From NCBI RefSeq assembly GCF_006345805.1, contig NC_043016.1, forward strand, positions 10,664,001-10,728,000: DNA of 64,000 nt, read 5' to 3'. This DNA comes from Octopus sinensis (Eukaryota). The position numbers were made by a program, and so were the translations under genes. The notes beneath the pieces are model-generated. The model saw only the letters and a program-made list of their open reading frames with translations, ran no database searches and was not told the DNA's origin. This document shows positions 1 through 12,771 of this stretch, one piece after another (position 1 is the first letter of the stretch; each line of letters begins with the position of its first letter).

Positions 1-153
1 ACCCCAGTATGTAACTGGTACTTATTTAATTGACTCCAAAAGGATGAAGGGCAAAGTCAACTTCGGCAGAATTTGGACTCAGAACATAACGGCAGATGGA
101 ATACCGCTAAGCATTTCGTCCAGTGTCCTAACGGTTCTGCCAGCTTGCCGCCT

Positions 154-600
154 TCAGAAAGATATTGTTGATAGTAAAGGATACGGTAAGAAAACTGATG
201 GAGGTGTTGGATAAGGTGGAAGTGATGCTATCAAGCTGTTACCTGCTGAAGGCAGTAGCATCATATGGCAGCTCTGAACTGGGTCTCGTGAATAGGGAAA
301 AAAAAAAAAAATTTGCTCCTCAGTGTTGCCTACAAAGTTAGCATAATTGAGGTCCATCTTGGTTCCCATAGTGACCCTGTCGTCTTGTTTGTAAAAATGT
401 TTCTAGATAAGGAAAAGCAATTCCAGATTTAGAACAAGTTCAGCTATGCAAAGGAGTAGTGTGATGGTGCTGCTAAGTAAAGGGAGCAGGGTGGGGGGTC
501 GTGGTCTAGGAAGTGTTTTAGGGCTGATAGGCAGACATTGTGGCGGGGGAGTGATGGTGTGGAGTGGTTTTATGTCCTGGTAAAAAGGCACTTAGCTGAA
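154..600 (-). mobile_element. Degenerate Penelope-like RT fragment
   Basis: Broken frames read QDIKPLHTITP…LLLCIAELVLNL…FYKQDDRVTMGTKMDLNYANFVGNTEEQIF, matching the PLE RT pattern QxxGxAMGxxxxPxYANLF. Confidence 0.7.
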
Positions 601-1339
601 GTATGGAACACTCCTCTGTTTAGCTATACACACACACAACAGGGGCTCCACCATCACCAGTTTCAGCTGCTTTTATCAACTCCAATGCACTCCCTGATAC
701 TTACTTTATCAGTCCGACAAGGGTCAAATTATGTATCATGGTCGAAAATTTGGAAGAATCTCATGTCATACTGTTTTTTTTCTTTTTTCCTTTTTTTTTC
801 TTTAGATGCTTTGAATTTTGTTCATCACATGTCAATATGTACTTATCACACACATACACACACACATACACACACACATACACACACACACAATGTAAAA
901 GTTGATGGTGACTTCAAAGTTTTGGCTTACTTTGCCTTCTTCAGACAGTCTGATGAAAGTGTGTGGTGTGCCAAAACTTAGAAGTCACTGTTGGTCTTTC
1001 CTTTGTAGCAGTTAATAAATATACATTTTACCGAAAAGCATTGAGTCATTGTTCAGTTTAATGTAAAAAATTGTTTTTAAGACATGAAGAACTAACATAT
1101 ACATATGCACCTGTGCAGGTGCTACACGATAAAAGCACCCAGTATACTTTGTAAAATGGTAGGTTTTAGGGTTTCCAACTGTACAAACAGTTGGAGCTTG
1201 CTGCGGCTCTCGGGCTGGCCAAACTCATATCAAACCATCCAACACCCACCAGCATGGAAAACAAACATTAAATGATGATGATGATGTTGTACACACACAC
1301 AAACACACACACACAAACACACACACACAAACACACACG

Positions 1340-1434
<95 letters not shown>

Positions 1435-1439
1435 TGTTG

Positions 1440-1880
1440 GTAGTCCATTGGTGTCTGATGATGACAAAACTCTTGTGTTCTCAGCGATGGGGGTGCATGT
1501 GACTCCGCAGTCCGAAGCCGGAAGCACACATGTGCCCACGGACGTCACGACGATTGTCTTTTTGACTGAATCAAGGTGGACGCTACCCTGTGATGTCTTT
1601 CTCTTGCAGCATCAAGACACTCGTTGCCGGTCATCTTCGAAAGCAGCTGCTGCTCGTTAAAGACCTCCACGCTGATCTGAAGAGGATCTGTTTAAAGATC
1701 GAGGCATATCAGAGTGAAACACACAACACTTGATGACTAGACAGGTAAACAATCTGTTCCTTTAAGTGAAGGATTCATCAATGAAAGGAAGTCCACTGGT
1801 GTTTGGTAATCCACCACAGACCAGTGTTTCATACAGGGGGAATGTTGGCCTGCTCATCAAACCAATAGGGTGGCATTATT
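1440..1880 (-). mobile_element. RTE-clade LINE 3' end fragment
   Basis: RSAWRSL…AFEDDRQR…[12 protein letters not shown] matches the RTE ORF2 C-terminal zinc-finger-like motif; followed by a microsatellite tail. Confidence 0.6.
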
Positions 1881-2546
1881 TGAAAGCCAAAGCAGTATGA
1901 TCAAGTGCATTGTGACTAGTGGTGTATTATAACATCCAATAATATAGTTGATACAGAAATCTTATATAATATTATATATCATATTTACATGCTAGTGGCC
2001 TATAAAAAGCACCCAACAGAATCTGTTAAGTGGTTAGGAAGGACATCTGGCCATAGAAACCATGCCACAACAGACAGTTGGTGTCTGGACAACTCCCAGC
2101 TGGCCAGCTCTATGTCAAACCATCCAACCCATACCAGCATGGAAAATGGGTGTTAAACAATGGTGATTATATTATATTACATTTCATAATATTATATTAT
2201 TTTAAATATTTAATCTTTTAAGCTACAATTATTTAATGGTTTCCATATCAATGTGTACATTGAATTTGCAGTATTGTCTCAGGGTTACTGAGAAATAGGA
2301 GTCGTAAATTTGAAGTGCTTTATTGTCTTGCATACATATTAATTAATATATATAAGGAAATCTCTAAATCTGGGTATCTAATTAACTTTACAGACTTTGT
2401 ATCTCAAATTTCTGGTTTTGATAAAATGTTTCCATAATTTTTCACAATTTTCTGGGTTTTGGATCTGTTGGAAATTTTTGGATTTGGATCTGTTAGAAAG
2501 AAACCGTATTCATCTATGTATAGTCTTACACACACATACACACACA

Positions 2547-2578
<32 letters not shown>

Positions 2579-2850
2579 TTCACACACACACATTCACACA
2601 CACACATTCACACACACATTCACACACACACATTCACACACACACACACACACACACATGCACACACACACATGCACACACACACATGCACACACACACA
2701 TGCACACACACACACACACACACACATGCATGCACATTAATACTTATGCTCATTTTATCTTGTTTTATATTCATATCTTATTTATTTATTTATTTTCTAA
2801 TAGCCTAAATTTTACTCTGAGTTAGAAAGTTCTATGATCTCCTGTTTCAG

Positions 2851-3058
2851 GAAGCATAAGGATTCAGAGAGTGATGAGAACACGCAGCCTCTCTCCTGTG
2901 GGAAACCAGTTAATTACACTGTTTATGACCACTTGAAAGGACTCCACCACAGACATAGTCATCCACAGATTGCTGAGCCAGAAGTTGCCATATTTCTCAC
3001 AAAAAAAATTTTGGACAATAAAAAATTTGAAAATAAACTCATAAAAGCTAGAAAAGAA
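2851..3058 (+). CDS. Penultimate coding exon of a TPR-repeat membrane protein (upstream exons probably outside the window)
   Basis: Acceptor cctgtttcag| at 2850 and donor GAA|gtatgc at 3059. Open frame KHKDSESDENTQPLSCGKPVNYTVYDHLKGLHHRHSHPQIAEPEVAIFLTKKILDNKKFENKLIKARKE; phase 2 in, phase 0 out, joining in frame to the 10164 exon (…KARKE|KPHSIHVMNSIGNFLRIKG). Confidence 0.85.
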
Positions 3059-3640
3059 GTATGCAAAAAACTTCTCGATACTTTTTTTTTTTTTGTATAT
3101 ATTTTACATATATATTATATATATATATAAATAAATAGTTTTCTTTTTTTTTATTAATTTTTTTTTTTGTTGAAATCTGTTTTTTTTGTTGAAATCTGTT
3201 GTAGTATTAGTATTTTCTAATAGGTTTTAGTGACATTCTAGTGTATTGTAATTTAGAAGATAGAACTATTGTTTTTCCTTAAGAGAGAGAGACAGACAGA
3301 CAGAATCATAGATGTATGGGGTTTATTTATTTTTTTTTTTATGTGATTTGTGAATTATAGCATTATTAATTGTATGTAGGCATCTGTGAAGACAAATACT
3401 TTTCCATTGTATTTTCCATAGCGAAAGTAATGAGGTAGTATTTGTGTAACTGAAGCCAAGTAAGTAGCACAATGTGTGTGTGTGTATTAGTTTCACATTT
3501 TGGTACAATGCTAGCAATTTTAGGGCAGGTTGTGCAAGGTGATTTCGTGATCCCCAATGGTACTTATTTTATCAACCCCAAAAAGATGACAGGGAAAGTT
3601 GACCATGGAAGAATTTCACATATATATATATATATATATA

Positions 3641-4550
3641 TTGGGTCAGCCCATAAATAATGTGTTTTTTTTTTTTTCAATAGCATGTACTAAGTCAGAG
3701 GGCGGGCGGTTGGGATAAAATATCTGCATCATCTTGCTATAAAAGCAGGTAGTAATTTTACCTTGTACCTTGAATTTAGTCATTCAACCATTCGGTGACA
3801 CCTGCATGCCATTGGAAAAGTCAGCAAATTGGGTCAATGAATTCTTCACAAATTTTCTGAGTCTAACTGTGCACAGAGAGTGAATGTGTGCTCTTCTTTG
3901 CTGTAACATCTCACGAATAAACCTTTTTTGGACCAAATAGTGACTGGTGACAAGAACTGGGTTCTCTATAAAAATGTCAAGCACCAAAGACAGTGGGTAG
4001 AGAAAGAAACATCAGCACCCCTGGCTAAAGAAGGGTTTCAGTGGGATATGAGAAGTTTAGTCCACTTTGAACTTTTAAACCCAAACCAAACGGTCACAAA
4101 GGAGATCTACTCTGAGCAGCTTGAGAGCACTAGAAGAAAAATGGCCATCTTTGGTTTCAAGACAAAAGGCGTTCTTCCATCAGGATAATGCTCGGCCACA
4201 TACAGTGAGGATGACATTCCACAGGCTGGAGCAGTTTGAATGGGAAACAATGACCCACCCACCATATTCACCAGACATTGCCCCATCTGATTATCATTTG
4301 TTCTGCAATCTTCAAAATCATTTGGACGGGAAAAAATACGAATTCTGTAGATGAGGTCAGAACAATAGTGGGGGAGTATTTTTCGTCACTGACAAGTGAA
4401 TTTTGGAAAAGGGGCTTTGAAAGTGTATCGGATAAATAGTAGAGCATTGTAGAAAATGGAAAGTATATTTTAGATTAAAAAAGAACTTTATTTTAATTTT
4501 GAAAAATGAAAGAAGTATAAAAAAACCCACATTATTTATGGATGACCCAA
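3641..4550 (+). mobile_element. Internally deleted mariner (DD34D-type) element
   Basis: TIRs TTGGGTCAGCCCATAAATAATGTG / CACATTATTTATGGATGACCCAA flanked by TA. Transposase remnants IVTGDKNW, FHQDNARPH, HPPYSPDIAPSDYHLF with frameshifts. Confidence 0.92.
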
Positions 4551-5321
4551 TAATATATATATATATATACATATATAATTATACATAGTCAGAGAACAGA
4601 AGATACACGTGGCTTCCCTAGAGATGGCAGCTATCACAAGGGAGACAATCATATGTTAATTCAGTGATTTATTGGTTATTGATATTTTTCTGTACAAGAA
4701 AAATTTATATCGTTACGTGTATACATAAAAAAGAAAAAAAATATTGCTGAGTGGATGTGTTACATGTAGGTGTTGTGGAAGGTCAGATAAGTACTTCAGC
4801 TAACTGAATCAATAGGATCAGCTGTTTAAATACTCTCAATGGGCTTGACTTCATAACTCTCTGCACAGGTTGATGCAGCATTCAGTTTTATGTAATAAAA
4901 GTAGTCTGAAATTGTAAAACTGTGTTGTGACACTATGGCACCGGGTTGACATACACCTGTGAGTTTGCAGAAAGCTGTGTTTGACCATTGAATCATTACT
5001 CCAAAGACTCGGTCTTCAGTAGTCTTGTCCCAACAACCAATGGGTTTTAGGAGATGGGTTACCAGTGTAGAATTTGGTTAAGACTACAAACCTATAAAAC
5101 TGCCTGTACAGCTTGAATGATGGTATGATGGTAGATTTGTGGAAGTGGCATTAAGTAACATTAGTCATTACATTAAGTTGTCCTTCTATTGACAATTGTG
5201 CTGGTAATAGTAGCTTTTATTGCATCATCAAAATCTCAAAGCTACAAGATAATACATGATTAATACTAAACAATGTGAAATAAACAAGCATTACTTTTGA
5301 CAGAATAATGTTAATGCTAAA

Positions 5322-5655
5322 GGCACATGGCTCAGTGGTTAGAGTGTCAGTCACTCAATCATGCGGTAGTAAGTTCAGTTTCTGGACTGGGTTGTGTGCT
5401 GTGTTCTTGAGCAAGACACTTTATTTCAAATTGCTCCAGTTCACTCAGCTGTAGAAATGAATTGTGACATCACTGGTGCCAAGTTGTATCAGCCTTTGCC
5501 TTTCCCTCAGATAATATCAATGGTGGGGAGAGGGCAGGGTTGATATGCATGGGTGATTGCTGGTGTTCCACAAACAACCTTGCCTGAACTTGTACCTTGG
5601 AGGGGAACTTTCTAAGTGCAACCCCATGGTCATTCATGACTGAAGGGGGTCTTTC
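5322..5655 (+). mobile_element. tRNA-derived SINE (family D; related copy at about 56840-57230, minus strand)
   Basis: A-box TGGCTCAGTGG, B-box-like AGTTCAGTTTC, central GTGTTCTTGAGCAAGACACTT motif. Confidence 0.65.
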
Positions 5656-5910
5656 ATGGGGTTAAACCTTTCCTGTTTTTTTCCCCCCTCATTTTGTAGA
5701 CTTATGTATGAAGAGTACATGTTGTCACATATCATTTCCAAGCTGCTAAGAAGTTATTTAACAAAATAACACCAGTCTAATGCTGAAGCTTACATTAAAT
5801 GGTGAAAAGTAAGTTTTGTATGAGGGCTTTTATGTTTTTTTCACTTGGTCTACTCTGGAAAAAAAGTAGCAGACCCCATCCATTATGATTACAGAAGATA
5901 CCAAGACAAG

Positions 5911-6142
5911 GCGGAGAGCTGGCAGAAACGTTAGCATGCCAGGCAAAATACTTAGCAGTACTTCGTCTGCTGTTACGTTTTGAGTTCAAATTCCGCCAAG
6001 GTCTACTTTGCCCTTTCATCCTTTCGGGGTCGATAAGTTAAGTACCAGTTATGCACTGGGGTCAATGTAATTGACTTAATCCGTTTGTCTGTTCTTGTTT
6101 GTACCCTTTATGTATAGCCCCTTGTGGACAATAAAGAAATAA
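5911..6142 (+). mobile_element. SINE family B (GGCGGCGAGCTGGCAGAA…GTAAAGAAATA)
   Basis: About 230 bp; diverged 16-bp TSD gaagataccaagacaa / gaagctaccaacacaa. Other copies at 1-155, 18700-18970, 58812-59000. Confidence 0.85.
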
Positions 6143-6744
6143 GAAGCTACCAACACAAACATAATAAGTATAATTAATGGTTAGGCCTTTAGTATTTAAA
6201 CCAACCATATCCAGTCGAAATGTTTGCTCCAAAGCTTCAACCTGTTGGAATCTTTTCACTACCAGTATCAGCTGGCATCATCTTGCAGATGTTCAAGAGA
6301 AGCATTAACTCTTTAGCATTCAGATTATTCTGTTAAAATGTAATGTTTATTCATATTATTTTGAATTAATCTCGCAATGTCTTTGTAGCTTTATGGTCAG
6401 ACTGGCCATATTTGGCTTCTCACACCAACCCTACAATATCATTCTAAAAAATTAACAGTTACCTCATCATGAATGTGCATGGCTCAGTGGTTAGAGTGTT
6501 GGGCTCACAATCATGTGGTAGTGAGTTCAATTCCTGGACTTGGCAGTGTGTTGGGTTCTCGAAAAAGTGGCCTTTTTGTAGATACATTTTAGGTTGTGTA
6601 TGTGTGTGTGTGAGCATTGTCCCAAATTTGGCAACAGTGCTCTATTGTAGGTCTTACCTGATCTTTGTACATGGCTAATAGCTGTTAAGAACCAAAGTAT
6701 TTTCTAGTTCTGAAGAGGAAGGTTAGTCTTTGCTATATTATGAA

Positions 6745-6975
6745 GGCGGCGAGCTGGCAGAACCATTAGCACGCTGGGCGAAATGCGTAGCAGTATTTCG
6801 TCTGCCATTACATTCTGAGTTCAAATTCCGGCGAGGTCGACTTTGCCTTTCATCCTATTGAGGTCGATAAATTAAGTACCAGCTATGCACTGGGGTCGAT
6901 GTAATCGACTTAATTCTTTTGTCTGTCCTTGTTTGCTCCCTCTATGTTTAGCCCCTTGTGGGTAATAAAGAAACA
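6745..6975 (+). mobile_element. SINE family B, full length
   Basis: Perfect 11-bp TSD TATATTATGAA (6734-6744, 6976-6986). Confidence 0.9.
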
Positions 6976-7064
6976 TATATTATGAATGTGAGATCACCAA
7001 GAGACACTTTAAGTAATAGAGAAGCCTAGCTTTTATAGCAACATCAACCCTCCAGTATTAAGTT

Positions 7065-8420
7065 TACTCTCTCAAATGTAATGCTTATTTATTCACATTG
7101 ATTTTAAGTAATCATGCATTATCATGTAGCTTTGAGATTTCAATGGCATTATTTAGTTTTAAAATGACATTGTAGGGTAGGTGCAACAAGTTGGATCCAC
7201 CACTTTTGTGCATAAGATGAGTTGAATATTTGAGCTAGATATGGTCAGTTTAAATGCTGATGGCTTAAAGTGCACGTTAGATATATTCAGTCTCAAAATA
7301 AACTATGGGGTTATTATTCCTGCATTAACCATTTAGCATTCAGGTTACTCTGTCAAATGTGATGCATATTTATTCACATTGTTTGAATTAATCATGCTTT
7401 GTCTCATTGCTTTGAGATTTCGATGATGTGATTGTTTATTTTTGGAATGACATTGCAGGATAGGTATGAGGTGTCAGATATGGCTGGTTTAACCTGTTAA
7501 CATTCAGGTTACTCTGTGAAAAATAATGCTTATTTATTCACTAGGTTTTGAAATAATCATGCATTATCTCATAGCTTTGAGATTTTGATGATGCGATTAT
7601 TTATTTTTGGAATGACATTGTAGGGTAGGTATAAGGTGTCAGATATGGCTGGTTTAATCCTTTAGTATTCAAGTTACTCTGTCAAATGTTAATTATTTAT
7701 TTACTCACAATGTTTTGAAATAATTATACATCATCTCAATGCTTTGAGAATTCAAAGATGTGATTGCTTATTTGTAGAATGACATTATAGGGTAGGTAAG
7801 AGAGGCAGGATCTGGTCAGTTTTAACATAAAACAGGTAGAATATTTGGACTGGGTCTAACCAATTTAAATGCTAAAGAGTTAAGTGATAATTTGTTTCCT
7901 GGTTGTCTTTGACAATCGAATCTGGATGATTTACATTAACACCTTTAAGCATTCAGATTATCTTATCAAATCTAATCCTTATTCATCCACATTGTTTTGA
8001 ATTAATCAAGTATTATCTCATAGCTTTGAGATTTCAATGAGTTAATTATTTAGTTTTAGAATGACATTGTAGGGTAGGTGTGAGAGGTTGGATCTGATCA
8101 GTTTGAACAATGGCGTGTTTAAATGCTTAAGAGTTTAGGATTTTAGTTGCACTAGATTACAGTTTTTGTTAATGGTGGAATGTAATTTGCATAGATTCGT
8201 TATTGGTCATGTGGTAGAATTACGGATATCCTACCTGTTTTATGTTGTAAAGGACCAGATCCAGCCTCATACACCTATCCTACTTTGACATGCTAGAAAT
8301 AAACAATCACATTAAAATCTTGGAGCTACAAGATATTCCATGATTAATTCAAAACAATATGGATAAATACAGATTACATTTGACAGAGTAATTTGAATGC
8401 CAAAGGATTAATACTGAGAC
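7065..8420. repeat. Tandem cluster of piggyBac-type MITEs (TTAACCCTTT…AAAGGGTTAA family)
   Basis: About 6 diverged units of 165-228 bp; clear head-to-tail run 7325-7488, 7489-7654, 7655-7882. Similar cluster at 49827-50390 and a single copy at 27057-27220. Confidence 0.75.
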
Positions 8421-8520
8421 ATTTAGGTTGAGAAATATATTTAGATAATATTGCATTGTATGTATTACATACTTAAATAATATTCTGTGTTACATATATA
8501 TGTGCGTGTGTGTATATATG

Positions 8521-8552
<32 letters not shown>

Positions 8553-8622
8553 TAGATAGATAGATAGGAGTGAGAAGACAGATGAAAAAAGGGCACTCGA
8601 ATCATTTATTGGGAGTTACATG

Positions 8623-9533
8623 TATAGATCAAAGCAGTTTGATTCAAACTCTTTGATACTCTGAGTTTCAAGCATGACGCTAATTTTCGGCCATTGGAGT
8701 TTGAATGAGAGGATGGTTGAAGAGAGTCAGTGTTTATTACAGACGGTAGCCTTCGATTGGTTGAGAAAGGTCACATGATGTCACAGTTTGATGTTGGTAT
8801 TTCAGCAACAGCAACTGGAAAATACTGCATGGTGAACAGGAAACTGGCCGCATGATTGGGGTAGGGGTGGGGGTAGAAGTAAGAAGGGACGTGTGGATGT
8901 GCGAGTATATATATATGTGTGTATATGGATGTGCCTATATACCTGCATGTATGTGTCTGCATCTATGTGAGTGTGTGCACTTGCACATATGAATGTGCCT
9001 GTATTTATGCAAGTGTGTGCATGCATAGGCGTACATTCACACATCCGTACTTATACATGCACACGAGCATACATATGCATATATAAGTGCATGTATGCAC
9101 ATAGAACATGCATCAGTGTATATGCGTGCACACCAGCACATGTATGTGCATTCACATGCATGTGTGCATATATGCATGTAAATAAATGTGCATGTGTGTG
9201 GATGTACACCTATGCACACACAAACACTTGTGTAAATACAGACATACACGTGTGCACATACATGCATAGATGCAGATATACAGGCACAAGCATACACATA
9301 CATATACACCTGCACATCGACTACCCCTTTCTGTTCCTCCCCCCACCCCCAATCATGCAACCAATTTCCTATTCACTATGCAGTATTTTCCAACTAATTG
9401 TTGTCGCTGAAATACCCAACATCAAACTGTAATACCACACACCCTCTCATTCAAACTCCAATGGCCAAAGATTAGCATCATGCTTGAAACTCAGAGTATC
9501 AAGGAGTTTAACTCAAACCATTTTGATCCATAT
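8623..9533. repeat. About 900-bp fold-back element with long imperfect inverted arms
   Basis: 8623-8980 is the reverse complement of about 9250-9533 (shared CTCTGAGTTTCAAGCATGA, CCATTGGAGTTTGAATGAGAGG, GGAAAATACTGCAT); TG/CA-rich centre. Confidence 0.85.
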
Positions 9534-10163
9534 ATATATAGGTATAGAACATTGTAATTAGATAGTAGTTCAATATATATAATAACTGTCAAATAGAAAC
9601 TTGTCATTTTCATATTTTTAATAATTTTTGTGATGTGACCAAATTTATATCTGGCTGTTACACTTGTATTCATTTTCTGGGCCATTTCCAGTTACTCGCT
9701 GTAAACTGCTACCATTTATTCATATTTTAGACATTTATGCAGAATGCATTCATGATGAGCATTTTCCCCCATTTTTTTGTTTTTTTGTTACAAAACAAAA
9801 TGCATTAAAAATGAGAAATTGACAGCAAAGTAGCATAGTAGTAATTAGATCTCAGGATTCACTAAGATATAGCTACATTGATACAATGTCTCTTTTTATA
9901 ATCACTGTATACTTTAAAATAGGGTAAGAATGCTCGTTAGTTATAGATTTTATGAATCCTTCTTCTAAAAGGATGGTCATATTAATGGCAAAGAGTAAGA
10001 AGATAACACCATTTGAAACAGATTAATTAGTTGACTAATTGCATACTCATTATTATGTAGCCTTTTATTTTCGGTTGTGCCTGCTTTTTCTTTCTTTCTT
10101 ATTTTTTTTTTTTTTAATTTATATTTATTTCTTTTCTTATAATGTTTTCCTTTTCTGTTGCAG

Positions 10164-10710
10164 AAACCTCATTCTATTCATGTTATGAATTCTATTGGAA
10201 ATTTCTTAAGAATAAAAGGAAAAACTCTTTTAGCAATTGAGTGCTTTCGTAAGGTATTGTCACAAACACCTCAAGAACCAGAAGTATTGTTAAATTTAGG
10301 CAGAATATTTCTCCGACTTCACTATCTTGATGATGCATATCATTTAACAAAGATATCTCTTCAGAATCTTCCAGCATATCAAAATGCCTGGTCACAGCAT
10401 TTTACACTCGGAGAAATATTCAAAATTTCAGGACAATATTCAAAAGCTTACGATCATTTCCAATATGTTCTTGACTTAAAACCAGGATTTTCACCAGCGG
10501 AAAGTCATTTGAAAGAGATAAAAGAGATTCCTGAGCACCCTGTGATGCAATATATTGTATGTTTCTTTATACTTCTTGTCTGTTTTTTCATTTTTTGGTG
10601 TTGTTAATTCTGGTAACAAACATGTTAAAACACAACGGTCGTTCAACAGAGCTATGGCAATGAAATCGTTGAAGCACAGCTCGTCCAAATTTGTCAGGAT
10701 ACGGAGATGA
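10164..10710 (+). CDS. Terminal exon of TPR-repeat protein with C-terminal TM helix (TTC17-like TPR pattern by recognition); frameshift near 10591-10596
   Basis: Long polypyrimidine tract plus ttgcag| at 10163. About three TPR motifs (NSIGNFLRIKG..AIECFRKVL..P; VLLNLGRIF..A; FTLGEIF..G..A..F..VL.LKPGF..A), then hydrophobic YIVCFFILLVCFFIF. The frame stops at 10607, but the +1 frame continues GVVNSG…QRSFNRAMAMKSLK…RIRR to TGA at 10708-10710. Confidence 0.85.
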
Positions 10711-11027
10711 ACTAGTTAAGAAAATTGTAAAATTGAAGTTCTGGGATACAAATGAAAAAAGGAATTGTTCTTGCATATTTTCTCTACCTTTCATTTGCTT
10801 TGCTCTCTCTCTTTCTCCTCCATTTCTCCTCTATCTTTCCTCTCTCTCCCACTGTCTCCGTTTCTCTTCCCTCTCTTTCTCACTGTCTTCCTGTTTCTCT
10901 CTCTCTCTCTCTCCCTTCCTGTTTCTCTCTCTCTCTTTCTCTATCTCTCTAACATTCATTTTGAATGTTTAATTTTTGAAATGGTTAAGTGATTTGTTAT
11001 TGATCTTTTAAGTCTGATAAAATGATA

Positions 11028-11170
11028 AATAAAGTCAAGAAGATATACTGGACCAATAATTAAAACTTTCTGTTTTCTGCCCGAAAATTGGTACATAACG
11101 TACGCTTTAAAGTAACAGGTTAACTAACTTTTTAAGTGATATTTAAGAATAAACAAAGAATGGAAATAAA
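11028..11170 (+). promoter_or_regulatory. Candidate polyadenylation signals of the TPR gene
   Basis: AATAAA at 11028, 11148 and 11165 downstream of the stop; AT-rich context makes chance matches likely. Confidence 0.3.
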
Positions 11171-12343
11171 CAATTCAAGAAAATTTTCAAATAAAAGTTA
11201 TTAGCAAAAAACAAAAAGAAATTTCAATAATTCTTTTGTGTTGTAATTTATACATTTAAATAACTTTTCTCTGTATTTTGAAATTCAAAAAAAAAAAAAA
11301 ATTAGGTTCATTTACTTGTTAAATTCATCATACTGTTTCAAGTTACATATGTATATAGTGAGAATTTACAAAGAAACAAAAGATGAAGATGGCTGTACAA
11401 GCAACAAACTTAACGCTCAGGAAGTGAGAAAGTCTTTTACATTTTGAGGCTACGCTCTTCGACAGAAAGGAATGCAGAAATAAACAGGGAGAGAAAATAG
11501 AAAAAGGTTTAGCGGCTAACAATCTATCATGGCGAATATCATCATCATCATCATCATCATCATTGTTTAACGTCCGCTTTCCATGCTAGCATGGGTTGGA
11601 CGATTTTGACTGAGGGCTGGGAAGCCAGATGGCTGCACCAGGCTCCAATCTTGTTCTGGCAGAGTTTCTACAGCTGGATGCCCTTCCTAACACCAACCAC
11701 ACCAAAAGTGTAGTATATATATATATATATTTATATTTATTTATATATAGTTGAAGGATTAAAATTAATCTAAGGATATACTAAGTATGTCTATCTGCTG
11801 GAAATAACAGTCAAAACTCTTATTTAATTTGACAAAATACACTAATAATAACTACAGAAATCAACTGTCCGAAGGCAAACGGGCTAAGACAATCTTCAGC
11901 ATACATGAATGTATGTGTGTGTATATATATATAATGTTTTGAATTTATGGGTATATGGGTGTATTGAAATGTTGAGTAGAACACTGGCACAGTTTGGGCT
12001 ACATGATGTCATCGGTGGTTGGGGTGTATTTTCATTGGATCTACTTCAGGAATTCCACAGTGTTAGTTGAAATAATAATAATAATAATTTCTTAAGTAAC
12101 CAGAAGATGGTTTTGTTATTAATCTTTATTTTGTACAATAGTCACTTTGACCCGTCCTGCTACTGTCACTTATGGGTGGGACTCCATTCACCATGTTGCA
12201 TCCATTTTGCAGTCTGGGTCTCATTAAGTTTCATCTATAGAGAAAGTTGTGTCTTGCTAAAGATCCTGAGTTTTGGCTGTCATGTTGTTATGTGCCCGTT
12301 TAGTTATGAACTCATACTGTTTCAAGTTATATATTCTTAAAAA

Positions 12344-12574
12344 GGCGGCGAGCTGGCAGAAACGGTAGCACGCCGGGCAAAATGCGTAGCCGTATCTCGT
12401 CTGCCGTTACGTTCTGAGTTCAAATTCCGCCGAGGTTGACTTTGCCTTTCATCCTTTCGGGGTCGATAAATTAAGTACCAGTTACGCACTGGGGTCGATA
12501 TAATCGACTGAATACCTTTGTCTGTCCTTGTTTGTCCCCTCTCTGTTTAGCCCCTTGTGGGTAGTAAAGAAATA
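12344..12574 (+). mobile_element. SINE family B, young copy
   Basis: Perfect 16-bp TSD TATATATTCTTAAAAA (12328-12343, 12575-12590). Confidence 0.92.
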
Positions 12575-12771
12575 TATATATTCTTAAAAAGTTTGCTAGG
12601 TACCAACTTGACTGTGTGGCTAAGAAGCTTACTCCATGATTTGGAGCTCAGTTCCACAGCATGGTACCTTGGGCATCTGTCTTCTACTATGACCCCAAGC
12701 CAACCAAATCCTTGTGAGTAGATTTGATTCATGGAAACTGAAAGAAGCCCATTGTGTGTGTGTGAGTGTAT

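Noticed and set aside
11370-11540. Minus-strand CTGTCGA-AGAGCGTAGCCTC-AAAATGTA, a second hammerhead-like PLE-end motif
   Set aside because: Core and stem II are too mutated to call from a single copy.
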